The notes under the pieces: generated by a model | The model's input: only the letters and a program-made list of their open reading frames with translations | The model's database searches: none | Told to the model about the DNA's origin: nothing | NCBI GenBank assembly: GCA_964247055.1 | Contig: OZ176053.1 | Location: forward strand, 9,982,001 to 10,046,000 | Direction of reading: 5' to 3' | DNA from: Paragordius varius | Lineage: Eukaryota > Animalia > Nematomorpha | DNA: 64,000 nucleotides | Part shown: one piece after another, positions 39,001 through 51,430 of the stretch | Layout: each line of letters starts with the position of its first letter | Numbering within the stretch: the stretch's first letter is position 1 | Made by a program: the position numbers and the translations under genes

Positions 39001-41761
39001 CTCACGTTGGCCTGAAGTATAGCCTTACAGTCAATAAAATTTTGGATGCTATGCCAAATTACGTAAATTTTAATTGTTGTTTTTGTTTATATATTATTAA
39101 TGTTTTACACCTCATATAATTTGACACTTAATATTTATATAAAAATAATTATATCATTTTATTTATCTTTCTTTATAATTATTGATTTTTAAAAATTCTC
39201 TAGAGCGCTAACCAGATCCCTTTATTATTACCATTAAGTCGTCGAATTCGAAAAATGTCCTTTACCGTAAAATCGGGTATCGACCCCAATGCCGAAGCAA
39301 TGGTTATGGAGGTTTTACAATTTTCTACTGTTTTTTTTTCATATTCTGCCTAAAAAAATTAAAAAAATCTAAAGTTGCATTTCTTATTTATGTTTCAATA
39401 GATTATTTGGAAAGTTATTTGAAATCTTATTATAACTTATCCTTAATTGATGAAAACATTTTTGATATTTAAATATATTAAATGCTCTTAACTAACTTTA
39501 TATCCAAAATAATTAAATAATTATTTTTATCATGTTTTACCAAATTATATGTTTAAAAATAACTTTGTATATAATATATAATGTATAAATAATTTGGAAA
39601 TTTACCATATTTAATCAACTTATATAGATTTGTGAAGATGCTATTGTGTTTCGCAGCATAACCAGCGGTGAAATTATCGATAAGTTATGGTATGACAAGT
39701 TGATTAACATGACTTTGAGTCCAAAAAATAAGGTTTTATGCCTTTGGTGGAAATCGGGGACCAAAACCTATCTTCAAAAATTTCACACCAAAAAAGTTTG
39801 TGCGATTTTGCTTTTTATTTTTTTGTATGAAATCTCACATATTGTGAAAATGATTATTTTTATTTAATATATTAAAAACAGTGTCAAGAATTATATCAAG
39901 CTATTCGAAATATCATGGAACGCATAAACAATACTACAAACAATAATCGAAAAGTTTTGGGTATATTCTTTTTACATTATGGTTTTTTACTAGCATACCT
40001 TTTTTATATATGTGCACGAAAAATACAACAGACTTTTATTAAAAATGAGTATAAAAGATTTTTTTGACTTTAACAGATAAGGTTTGATATACAACTCAAT
40101 AAATGTTCTACAAACAACTATTACTATTGACAAATGCTTAATATTTCATTAAATTTAGCACAAAATTTAAAATAAATTCCCTTTTCATTTTGATTTCTAA
40201 CAAAATGGTTATATATTTTTTATCAATTTAAGTGGTAGTAACAATTCAATTAATTAGTTCATTGATATTAAACTTTTCTATTATAATAATGTAGGGCAAT
40301 TGTGGATTTAGTAGTATTTTTAAACGTCTCATAATAAAAGTTAATATTTAAAACAATCAAACATTTTCATGCCGACTTTTTTTGTGAAATGACCCATTTT
40401 CCCTCTCAAAAGTAAATATCTAAGAATCTTTTATGAATTTTTTGTACGGTCTCTGTACACCACACGATAAGAGTTTGACTGCGGTTATATAATATTTTGT
40501 ATTACAAATACACACTTTTAAGTCATTTTCGAAACTCAACATTTGCATTTTTAGGTTCGGAAATCGGAGGCCAATTTGAAATCGGTAGTTTATACACGCC
40601 TGATAAAGGGACACTGGATATTTCGCTCGATGGAGTCACAATCGCATTTCCTGATGGAAAAGTATATTGTCCATAAAAATTATTGTCATACAAAAATTAA
40701 ATAATTGCTATTAGCGTATTTGTATGAAACATAAATCCTTAAATTGTATCTATCGCTTCAAATATAGCATCAAAATCAATTATGATTAAAGTTACTTAAA
40801 TTATCATGTAAATTTTGAAATTACTCAAATATATTATACAGACAACTCTCCATTTGGACCAAATTAAAAAATGTCGGTGCCAAAAGAATAACAAAATTTT
40901 CATCTTCCAAATTTATGGTATATATCATCATTAACAAATCATTTTAAACTCTTTCATATTAGAAATCATAATTTTTATAAAACATCCATTTCTCCTTGAT
41001 GTTATGTAAAATATTATTTACTATATATAGATTATTACACAAAACAATTGGTTGACCTAATGTACACGGCAGAACATGTAAATTTTTTTCTGCATATGGC
41101 ATGTCGTATAAATAAATATTTAAAAAATAAAATTCATGTAATTATCTGTGGAAACAAAACTCTATGTAAACGCTTTATTAAATGCATGTCTTTATTATTG
41201 GTCAGCCTGCACTTCTTTACCTTGCTGCTTTTTAATCAAAATCTGCATGTTAAATCAATGTCAACACACATTATTATAAAAATCATTTATTCTAATAAAC
41301 TTTTTATTATTGTGTGCAGGCTGACATGATTATCTTGGCTTTGCATCGAGTCTTAAGCGTCCAGCCTGGTCTGTATGTCACGTGAACAATGGCACCTTTT
41401 AGCATTGAATTCGTTAGTTTTTTTGGTCCCAAAGTGGTGCATCCAATGTACATTATGGTGATGGTTTATATTATTTTATATATCAATGTTTATACCTACT
41501 GTATAATTAATATTAACATGTGTTAATTTTTATTAAACATTTAATGCTTTTACTTGACGGTTTTTTATGTTTATTTCCTATTTATTTTATGGTGTGAAGC
41601 CTTTGATGGGATCATCAGCATCATTGATTGTGTACTGCATTACAACGTGTTATTTGTACAGATTATGGCTCCTTATACGCCAAGAACAGAGAGAAGGAAA
41701 AATCCTACATCCTTCTAATTACGATCAATCGGCAGAGAATGTAAAACGTTTTTCAAGGTGA
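24029..41761 (+). CDS. MADD: MAP kinase-activating death domain protein (MADD / DENN / Rab3 GEP / aex-3 ortholog), about 30 exons
   Basis: Spliced exons give [128 protein letters not shown] and WYDKLINMT. These match the remembered MADD motifs in the correct order. The terminal exon is ambiguous (stop at about 41388 or 41761). Confidence 0.96.
28368..28526. mobile_element. Tc1/mariner-like MITE, 159 bp, in a MADD intron
   Basis: TA|CAGTAGCGTATGGCATAAAACAATGTTAGTC ... GACTAACATTGTTTTATGCCATACGCTACTG|TA: perfect ~31-bp TIR with TA flanks. Confidence 0.88.
33311..33571. mobile_element. MITE family A copy 4 (degenerate), in a MADD intron
   Basis: Ends ATATATCATT...GTAAATGGTATAT with eroded 21-bp units. 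Confidence 0.7.
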
Positions 41762-42191
41762 AAAAAGCCAATAGATAACGAGCGCCACTTAGTTGATAAT
41801 CATATAAATATTTAATTATTCTTTTTAATTATAGGATTAGCAATAAAGCTTTTTTCTCAGTGCAATATACGTGCAATACAATAAATTTGTTAATTGTTTT
41901 AATTTATGGCATGAGAGCAAATTTTTCTCTTAGGTATACCTAAAATTTGTTTGGTCTCTCTGTCGCAAAACATATCACACTCTTAAACCAAATCTATTAA
42001 CAGTAGATCAATTTAATCTCTTATCAATTACATCACTCAATAAAAAATTAAAGATTTTTCATTTATTACGTTTTATTGTACAGAATAATAATGTATACAA
42101 AAGGTTGTTATAAGTATTAAATTATATTATTGTTGGTTGTTTTGTGTATTCTCGAACTATCGTCCCACCAAATAATTAAAACATATAATTA

Positions 42192-45100
42192 TTATTTTGA
42201 TTTTTCTATCTTCATTTCTTGAATTGTTTTAGATACTGAATCAAGGCCGTTTAATCTAAGTAAAACCAAAAATAAATTATCTTATATATAGTAATACGCG
42301 CTAATGCAAACAGCTTTCAAAAAACAATTAAAAACATAAAAGTGTACTTGTGTGTTTTCAAATCTTTTTTAATATCTAAAAGTTGAGTATCAGCTAATAG
42401 ACTTAGTATATCAGTTCCATAATTACATAGTGATTTAGCGTGAATGAACCCAGTTTCACCAAATATTGCATTTGACTAAAAATTATTAAAATTAATATAA
42501 AATATTGATATGCTTTTTATATATTCAACAATCAAGTAATACTTTTATTTCAAGATCATTTGCATCCCAGTTTTTTAGATCAATTTCAGTGTTATTTTCT
42601 ATGGGCGGTATGTTGCACTTAGTTTGAGGGAGAGTTTGATAATTAATTTCATTTTTAATTCCATCGGCGTAAATATAATCAAGCAGCTCTGTTTGAATTT
42701 TAAATTCTTTTTGGAAATCATCATCTGTAGTAGTTGTGTGGCATTCATGAGCATACAGATAACGTAATGCACCTCCTAAATCATGGTATTCAATGTCAAT
42801 AGTAGAAGGTTGTATGTCACTAGATTTTTCTTCGTTAATAATTTTTGTGCTAAATGATAATTTATCTTGTATATCGGTATCAGTGGATGCATTAATACTG
42901 GCGGATTTATAGCATAAGTTTGAGTATGCTCCCATAAAATCTAAATTTTTATTAATCAGTAAAAGTTGTATATTTATCAAAACATCAGATCTAATTTGTA
43001 AATACAAATATATTATACCTTTTTCATTTGTTAAAATACTCCATTTATATTTTGATTCAATTTGATTTATGGTCGCTAACGGCTTTGAGGAAATTTGTGC
43101 CAAATAGGACTTTCTGTTGTTTCGTATATAACAATAATTACAAATTTAAAAAATGAAATAAAAACCTATATATCATTAATCAAATTTAAATTAAATCAAA
43201 TAAGTTATAATGAAAATTATAAGTAAAAAATGAGCAACTGAATATATTTATTTACTAAAGTCAAATAATAAAAAACAATTATATACTCATTAACATTTTA
43301 AAATAAAAAAGGCAAAATGCCGAAATAATATTATAAGATTACAATTATAAAAGTAATATGAATGAGCCCATCAGTATTAATTTTGAATATTTAAGATATA
43401 ATTTAAGACTGCAGCCATAACCTGGGTTATAATGATTGTAATTAACAATACCATTTAAAGTAATTACTTTAAAAAACATTGTGAAAAGGCAGTGTTTTGC
43501 TTATTTGGAAGATAAATAGTTTTATCTATTGACTCATAATTTTCAACATTGGTCTCATATTCGTTCACTAGATTTGAGAGAGGTAAACCGTTTTGCGTTT
43601 TTGTAATAATAATCGTTTTGGATGCTAAATTTTCACCGTCATCTTTTATTTCCGATTTTATGGCTAAATCATAAAAAGCATAATAATATTAAGAAGCGGT
43701 CTAAAGCATAAAATCGATTCACGTTATAAGGAAAGGTGTCAGTTTAAATAACAAATGGAAAATTAAATTGTATATAAACATTTAAATTATTCATAAAAAA
43801 ATGAGATATTAATATATATAATTTTTAGCAAGGACAATCACGATCATGATTGCATTTATAACCGGTCAAATCTAACCTTTAGGACTATATGAATATGGGT
43901 ATATAGGTTGTTCCTATTTTATGGAAAATTTTTAAAAAAAAATACTAACCAGTAATAGTTGTTTCATGTTTCAAATTCTTTTTATCTCCAATCAATTTTT
44001 CAGGCAAATCATTTGATTCGATTGTAGGTCCCGTTGGTAGAGGAGATGAAAGAGAAGAGGCTATAAACACATCATCGGGCGAACTAATTGATTCAATATC
44101 CTCTTCCATTAAACTGATATCGTGTTGGGATTCAAGCTTATTAATCTCTATTTTTGAAAAAAATATAAAAAGTTATGTTAAGAGACTAGGTTAAACAGTT
44201 TAACCATAATGAGTTTTTATGGGGGTGAAATCACTGTAATTAAATTATTTTAGCAGTTACCCTCCTCCTTTTCATACAATAAGCTTTTAAATAAAGGGTA
44301 TACTAATTAGTTGATTTCAAATAGGAAATACGGTCCAAATAAAAAAATTAGCATGACCGGTTATGCATGCGTTCATCACCTGACTATAACTTGTCAAAAA
44401 CTTTATGATTAAAATTAATCAAAAAATGGTATAACACTTGAATAATGTAAAAAAATGTGTAACTCGTGCATTCAACATTGGTGGCGATGACTGCCTACGA
44501 CCGTGAATGGCTCTTTTATATGCAATAAGACAGGTTATTAAAATACCCTAATTAAAAATTATAAAGCAATACAAATCATTTGATTTATTAATTGATTAGA
44601 AATTAAATTGTTAAGCCAAAAAACTTTTAAACTAGCCTTTCCAGAGCTGTTATGATCAAAAGAAATAAATATAAGGAAACTCTATAACTCCGATTTCAAG
44701 TCCAAAAAAATTTATGCGTGAAATAATTAAAAGAAAAATTAATTCTAAAATATTAAGCCAAATTAATACTTTGAATTTTTTTGGTAGCTGCCCTGGATCG
44801 GTGAGGTGATTTGTTTGACAATAAATCTTTTATTTTTGTTGTATCTTCGTCTATATAAAAAATAAATTCAGAACACACCTCTCTAAACTGCCCCACTTAG
44901 CTGTTGAAATAAAAATCTGTTCATAAATGAATGGTGCACAAAATGACTTGTAATAAGATTTTTACACTAATAGGGTCATATTAAATGTCGAACATAATCA
45001 TTGAAGAATTAATGTTAGTATATATTATCCATAAACAATGTAAAGAACCGGTGTTAAAACAAAAAAAATACAAAAATTTAACAAATGATACTAAAACGCT

Positions 45101-48100
45101 CTTTATCTTATGAATAATAAAATAAATCTATTAATTTCCCATCCACAAAATTTAAAAGTGTTCAATAATTACCTGGTAAATGGTGTTCATGAGCATCATC
45201 ATGTAAAGATGCAGGGGATGATGAAACCGAGGAGATAGAGGTGGGACTGCTGGCTTGAAATGAGAGGAGAGACGAGGTTGTTCCATCATTGCACTCATCG
45301 TGATCGTCGTCATGGTCTTCTAATTCGTCTGCCGTTTTGTGGTGAGCCAAGGGAGGAGGTATCAAGTCACCATCTTTATATGATGATTTTTCTTCTGTAA
45401 ATACTGCTGCTGCTACTACTTTGTCTTTTACTTTGTGTTCTAAATCATATACAATTATGTTTTATTATGGGAATATTGAGGTGTATTTCATCAAATGTAA
45501 ATTATGCTTATTTACAATTAATTGTTTCTTTATACCTTTCATATCAGTGATACTCTAACTGCGGTTCACGGACCCAGGCGCTAAAAATACTACTCTTTAT
45601 AGCCCTGTAGTGTTTATGAATTGTTGATGTACTTATTTTAGGTATAATGCAAAAATATAAAACACCCACGAAATTTTTGGTATCATATGGTGCTCGGTCC
45701 TTAATATAGGATATATTTCGCGGCCCTTTTTGGTAAGTTGCACTGTATTGTTCGAATATCAGTTTCATTATAATCAAACCATTAAGTTAGTTAAGATTGA
45801 CTGTAAGGATTATAAAATAAATGAGTTAACACTATTACAGGCCTACACGCGGGATTGAGCTTTTATCAGTATCAAAAAAATATCAGTAAGTCTGCTTATG
45901 ATTGCAGAGTGATGGTCATACTCAATCATGAAAATCTTATATATGTTGCAACAGAATAAAAACGAACTAACATTTTAAAAATCTTTTACCTATTATTTAT
46001 TCCAACCGTGATAAAAATATGCTTAAATGTTCATAGATTTTATATAGCGGTCGGCAAAACACGATAAGCATTAATAACCCAAATATTAATCCTAAATAAG
46101 TAATGCATGATTTACACAGATCGATCAATATAAAATCAAAGAAAAAAAATACTTTTATCAGTTTCCTCACAATGATAGAAAAGGGGTGGCGATTGGGTGG
46201 GAAGTAAATCATAATCAGTAACCTTCTTAGTATGACCATTGTGCTTAACTTTAACGTGGTGGTCGAGTGTGTGGCGTCTAACATGTGATGAATTGAGAGG
46301 CATTTCATCATTTTTGGAAACTAAAAAACAATTGGCATTCATGATAATATTGGGACAGATAATAACATGGTTGATATAATTAACGACAAAATTTATATAT
46401 AAAAATGTCTCAAACATATTACCGGTACGAGATTTTAATATTTTTCGTTTATCATCATTTAATTTAAAATAATCATTTTTTGGTTAATCGATTGTTAAGC
46501 ATAATAGGAAAAATATTAGTGAACATTTAATACAGAGTGTGTATTATTACCAGATTGGTATTGACTGCTTTTTCTAGGTTTTGTTTCATTTTGCGGCGAA
46601 TTTTTTGAATGGGATAACATTATTGCGTTATGAAGGTTGGTTAAAGCTGTTAAAAATTTATTATAAATAAAAAACAGAGGAAAGGAAAAACAAAAAGAAA
46701 GCCATAAGGTTAAATGGGCTTGTATGTGGTAAACAACATTTTTTTGATAACTCCATAATTATGATTTACAGACTTAAATTCTTCCACACGACAATCATTA
46801 ATCATCATTATTTTACACCCGTACTTAATTTCCCTTCCCGTACGATTTTCGTTTGATTTTGCTTTATTTTTATCAAACACGCTTCATTGACTAACATGCA
46901 TAGTTTTTAATAAATAAATTTGTATAATGCACAAAAATGCGCCAAATCAAAGCACTACCTTTTTGCAAATTGAGTTTGGGTGATTCGCTATCCTCTTTTT
47001 CAATGTCCATACTAATACTGCTACCATCATCGGCAACATCGTTCGAATCGTACGCGTTGGAATTGACTTCTTTTGAAACAACATCAAGAGTATTTAATCT
47101 TTTATTTCGCCTTTTATCATCAATGTCTTCTCTGGATGAAACTATTTTTAATGTTTCGCTGCGAACTCTATCGCCACTGCCGTGTTTGATAAACGATGGA
47201 ACACTATCTTTCGTGTCAAACTCTTTCCGTTTATTATTATTTAGCGTTGTTGTTGAATCTTTTGCATCATTTCTAGTGTAATATTTGCTATTAGACGTTT
47301 TTAGGTGATCATTCATAGGTCGAGAGTGTTCAAAGTTTAGTTTTGAATGTGTAGAAGTCTGTTGTTTATTGCATTCAGTTCTGCTATGATGATTTGGTGG
47401 TGCTCCGTATAATGTATTGCAACTACCTTTCTGGTTATTACCTATAAAATTAGATATTATCTTATGTTACCGAAAAATATTAGAATACCAAATGCTTGAT
47501 ACCAGATAGACAAAAAATGGGTATTTAATTTAAACTTACTGAAAAAAAGAACATGGCAAAGATCTCAATATTACAGTCATATATCCTTTATTTTATCGAA
47601 ATTTTATTTTTTGATGAAAAGGATACATGACTTATGTACATGCTATATAATTACTTCCAGTCAAACTTTTTATACCGTTGGAATAAATTTATAAAGAATC
47701 CCCATACTAAACCCAAAACTGTTTAATAAATATCCCTATGGTATCAATTATAGGGTTTATCCTAGATTAGGATTTCAAAAATATATTATATAAACATATA
47801 TATACCTTCGTGTTTATCTGATATTCGGTTATCAGTAGCGACATATTCATGTTCCAAAATACGTTTTGCGCTCAGTCTATTAGCCCTAAACGAGAAAAAA
47901 ATATATTTTATATTCGTTAAAAATTTGATACATACTTCATTCGTGAGTATGATTCTCGTTCAACTAAAATATTAGGTTTCTCCCATTGGGAGACTTCTGT
48001 TTGTGAATTGTAATAATATATTCGCCCCGTTCTGCTCATATGTTCCGACCAATTGCTGGGACTGTCCTAAATTACATATATTAATTAATTTACCTTTCCC

Positions 48101-48312
48101 CGATCGTCGCGTTTGATTGGTTCTAAAGTTAAAAACGATATACTTTGCCGGTTTTCCTCCCTTTTGTAATATGACTCTTCAGTTTTAGTAGCATATTTTT
48201 TGTCTGATGCCTTATCTTTGTTGTTATTTAAATAATGACGCAAATCATGCTTTGAATTATTATGATTTAAATGGTTTAGTCTCTGATCTTTTGAAGTAGC
48301 CATTTCTAACAT
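42192..48312 (-). CDS. WAC: WW domain-containing adapter protein with coiled-coil (WAC ortholog), multi-exon
   Basis: WW domain [27 protein letters not shown] (about 47970-48060) matches [30 protein letters not shown]. The C-terminal [16 protein letters not shown]...[11 protein letters not shown] aligns with WAC WPADHAEKQASRLREE...ICTELKNL. The N-terminal MATSKDQRL resembles MYARKQQRL. Middle low-complexity exons were only partly traced. Confidence 0.85.
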
Positions 48313-48809
48313 ATTAAAGTATACTAAAATAAGTAAATTTGTACTTAAGTTAGGCAAAAAGTCGCTTGAAAAGACTTGTGTGAATGATGAAAAAGTTGGG
48401 GGCATTTGTAATGAGGATAATTATAAAAGGTTTATTTATCATCTATTCAATAAGTAAGATATTACTAGATAATTTCCACAAATGGCAATAGACGTCAATT
48501 ATAGTCATAAATAAACAATTTTTGAGAGTCAAAAAACTAACTATGTAAATGCCATTTTCTAAATACCAACCAATAAAATCTATGGTAGCAATTGTGTTAG
48601 ACTAACCCTATGGTTAAATCATATTAGATTTTAAAATACAACAAAGTAGTGAAGTTAACAAAATAAAGATATAAAAGATTAAAATTAATTTTCGAATTCT
48701 AATATATCGTAGAGTTAATGAAAAATGAACGCCTGTTGTACTATTCACTTTTAAAAAATCTCTATGGCCGATATGCCCTTTTCCATATTCTATAATTAAT
48801 AAAAAATAT

Positions 48810-49362
48810 AAACTTATTTTTATTTGTATTTTCAGTCCTTCGATTTGAATTGGGGTAGTTAGATACCCCTGGCCTGTTTAAAATTAATTGCTTAAAAACC
48901 TATCAATGGAATTCAAACAATAGAAGTTTGCACTTTTATAACATCAATGAACCGAAATATAAAAAAATTATTCAAAAATACTTGATATAACGTATTTTAA
49001 GGTAAAACCCAAAGCTAAAAATTTAGTCAACATGACGTGTGTATTAGCAAAATCAAAAAATAATACAAAACAAACCTCTTTTGTTTCTATCAATGTTAGA
49101 TGTGATTTAAATAAAAAATAGTTTAAACGCTTTAAAATAATGAACACGATATTTGAAAAATGTTGTAAAATAAAAATGGCGTCGAACTAGTTTGATATGT
49201 AACTTTTTTTAAAAAAATAAATTTTTATTGGATATTTTGGCTTGTTTATATAATTTTTATTAGTATAGAAACATAAATTTAAATTAGAACTGTTTCATTC
49301 AGTGTTTTAACTATCAACTTAATAGCCTGCGGTATTTAAATACCCCAATTTGATTCGAAGTG
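48810..49362. mobile_element. piggyBac-like MITE family B copy 3 (inverted, degenerate)
   Basis: GTCCTTCGATTTGAATTGGGGTAG ... TACCCCAATTTGATTCGAAGTG|TTTAA; the internal sequence is the reverse complement of copies 1 and 2. Confidence 0.75.
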
Positions 49363-49565
49363 TTTAAAAACGTTTTTTTTATCACGCACATATTGTTAAT
49401 TCTTAATTATTTTTTCTTTCCTTCAAAACCTATCTTCTATTCTTATGATTATAATTGCATTTTTATTTAAATCATATCCCAAGATCATTCCATCCCTAAC
49501 AATGTAGGTTTATATTAATAATATAGATTTGTATTTTTATTATTACTTTGATTTTCAAGATAGCA

Positions 49566-50423
49566 ATGCTTAAACTCAGCGGTTACGCAAATAGGAAGCG
49601 AAAAATCCAGGAGGAGAATAAAACAAATATAATGCGAATGAATATGAAATCTTGTTTAACGGGAATATTGAACATAGCATTGAAAAAAGATATGCGACAC
49701 AAACATAAAGGTATCCCTTATAATAATAACCTAAAACACTTGAAACCCTAGTTAAATTTAAATATTGATGAGAAAACTACAAATATATCACTAGTAATTC
49801 CAAGCGCTATACTTATAGGGTTTAATGATGTCGCATTTTTAAAATTTACTAATAATAATGTTTCCGTCCAATCAACTTCTCACAGAAATGATTATTCGTG
49901 GATCTCAAGGCTTTCAGAATAATGCAATCTCACAAAAAATCATCGTTAAATGCTCCAATCTTAGTTTTTTTCAGAAGGATTTGAAGTTGAGAGGTCTTGG
50001 CTTTTATCTTCGCCAAACAGATCTGCGTATTGTTTTTGTTGCCTACTTTTGAATCCACCATTCCAACATCTTTAATACCTACTATCGTTATAATAAATGG
50101 GGAAAAAAGATAAATTAATCATAAAAATAGCCTCAATCATCGGAAAGCATTTACTACTTGGAAAGAGGTAGAAAGAAGATTGATAAATATCTGCTCTAGA
50201 ACTTATATACAATTGGAAAAGGATTGCGCGAAATATACATCGAATATTGGCCTGAATAAAATTAATCACCCAAATTGTCCCTTTTCGAGGACATGTTGAA
50301 ATTATAATAAACCTATCTATGGTGTTTAAGTTGCAAAGTTTGTATTTTTTTTACAAAATTTTTTGATTGGCTATCAAAAAGCGGAGGGGGGCGCCATAAG
50401 AGCAAATGCTCGGTACGCCACTC
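49566..50423 (+). mobile_element. Internally deleted hAT element with ZMYM1/TTF-zinc-finger-type transposase 5' remnant
   Basis: Fragments MLKLSGYANRKRK, GFEVERSWLLSSPNRSAYCFCCLL and HKNSLNHRKAFTTWKEVERRL, broken by frameshifts and stops. The element ends in GCTCGGTACGCCACT, the same terminus as the MITE at 15805. Confidence 0.75.
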
Positions 50424-50724
50424 TACACAAGTTACTGTAAATTAAGGTTACACTTATAAGATCTTCCTAAGTTGTTGTGATTAATTTCTGACTTGACTTA
50501 TCTTAGAAGCTTCCTTTTTCACAAATCGGTATAGTAGAGAGGAAAATTATTTTTTAATGTTTCCATTATTTATACCTTAAGAAATTAACCTGTCGCTTAA
50601 TTTTATCATTTTATAAGCTCCATTGTGTTAAAATTTATTTCATAACTGTTACAGTTAAGACGTCAATAAATTTTATTTTTGGATATGAACATAAATTAAT
50701 TAAAAAAAGTAAAAATAAACAGAG

Positions 50725-50900
50725 TCATTTAGTTGAGGGAAAACGAGGACGTGGGCGGCTTAAAACGAAATGGATAGACACATTGAAAAGAGAGCTAGCA
50801 GAATACGAGCTTAATGCAGAAGACGCCATAGATACTATGGCGAGGCAGGTTTAACATGACCGCTCTCACTTGAAAACTAATGTAATAATAATAATAATAA
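50725..50900 (+). mobile_element. 3' remnant of an RTE-type LINE
   Basis: VEGKRGRGRLKTKWIDTLKREL, followed by a (TAA)n tail at about 50884-50899. Confidence 0.75.
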
Positions 50901-51430
50901 ACTTAAATTTATAGTTTTGATAAAAATAAAATATATATTTGCTCCTTTTCTTTTTTAAATAAACGGTAAAAGCAACTCATGAAACCTTACCTCCCTAGGA
51001 TTGACATAGATATTTAAAATTATTCAGTTTCGGGATTTGTCAGGACATAATTTAACGCTAAGCATTAAGGCGGCGCCGTAACCAGTCCATTACCAAAAGT
51101 TTGGTATACAAAAAATGATAAGTATTATGAAACTTCTTAGGAACCACGTCTTACTACACGACAACGCTCAGGCTTAAGAAATCGTTAAATTAAAATTCTT
51201 ATTTGATAATGTAGTCTATTAGGTTTTCTATAGTCATTATAACCATTTGTGGTTAATTGGAAAGTAATCCGTACAAAATTCATTATCTTGTAAATTAAAA
51301 TACATAGAAATAATGATTTTGCTTTATGACACCGTGATTAGATTTATATTATTTAAATAAATCTATCAATAATATATTTACAAGTTGTTGCATAATTAAT
51401 AGGTTTTACATTCGTGTTAATTAATTTATA

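Noticed and set aside
45546-45747. CAGTG...CACTG-bounded segment in a WAC intron as a possible MITE
   Set aside because: The terminal match is only about 5-8 bp and there is no target-site duplication.
47617-47626. GTATCCTTTT on the WAC strand, resembling a U12 5' splice site; ATATCCTTTT also occurs near 10060
   Set aside because: Both lie inside introns that already have in-phase GT-AG ends, and no U12 branch site (TTCCTTAAC) precedes the acceptor.
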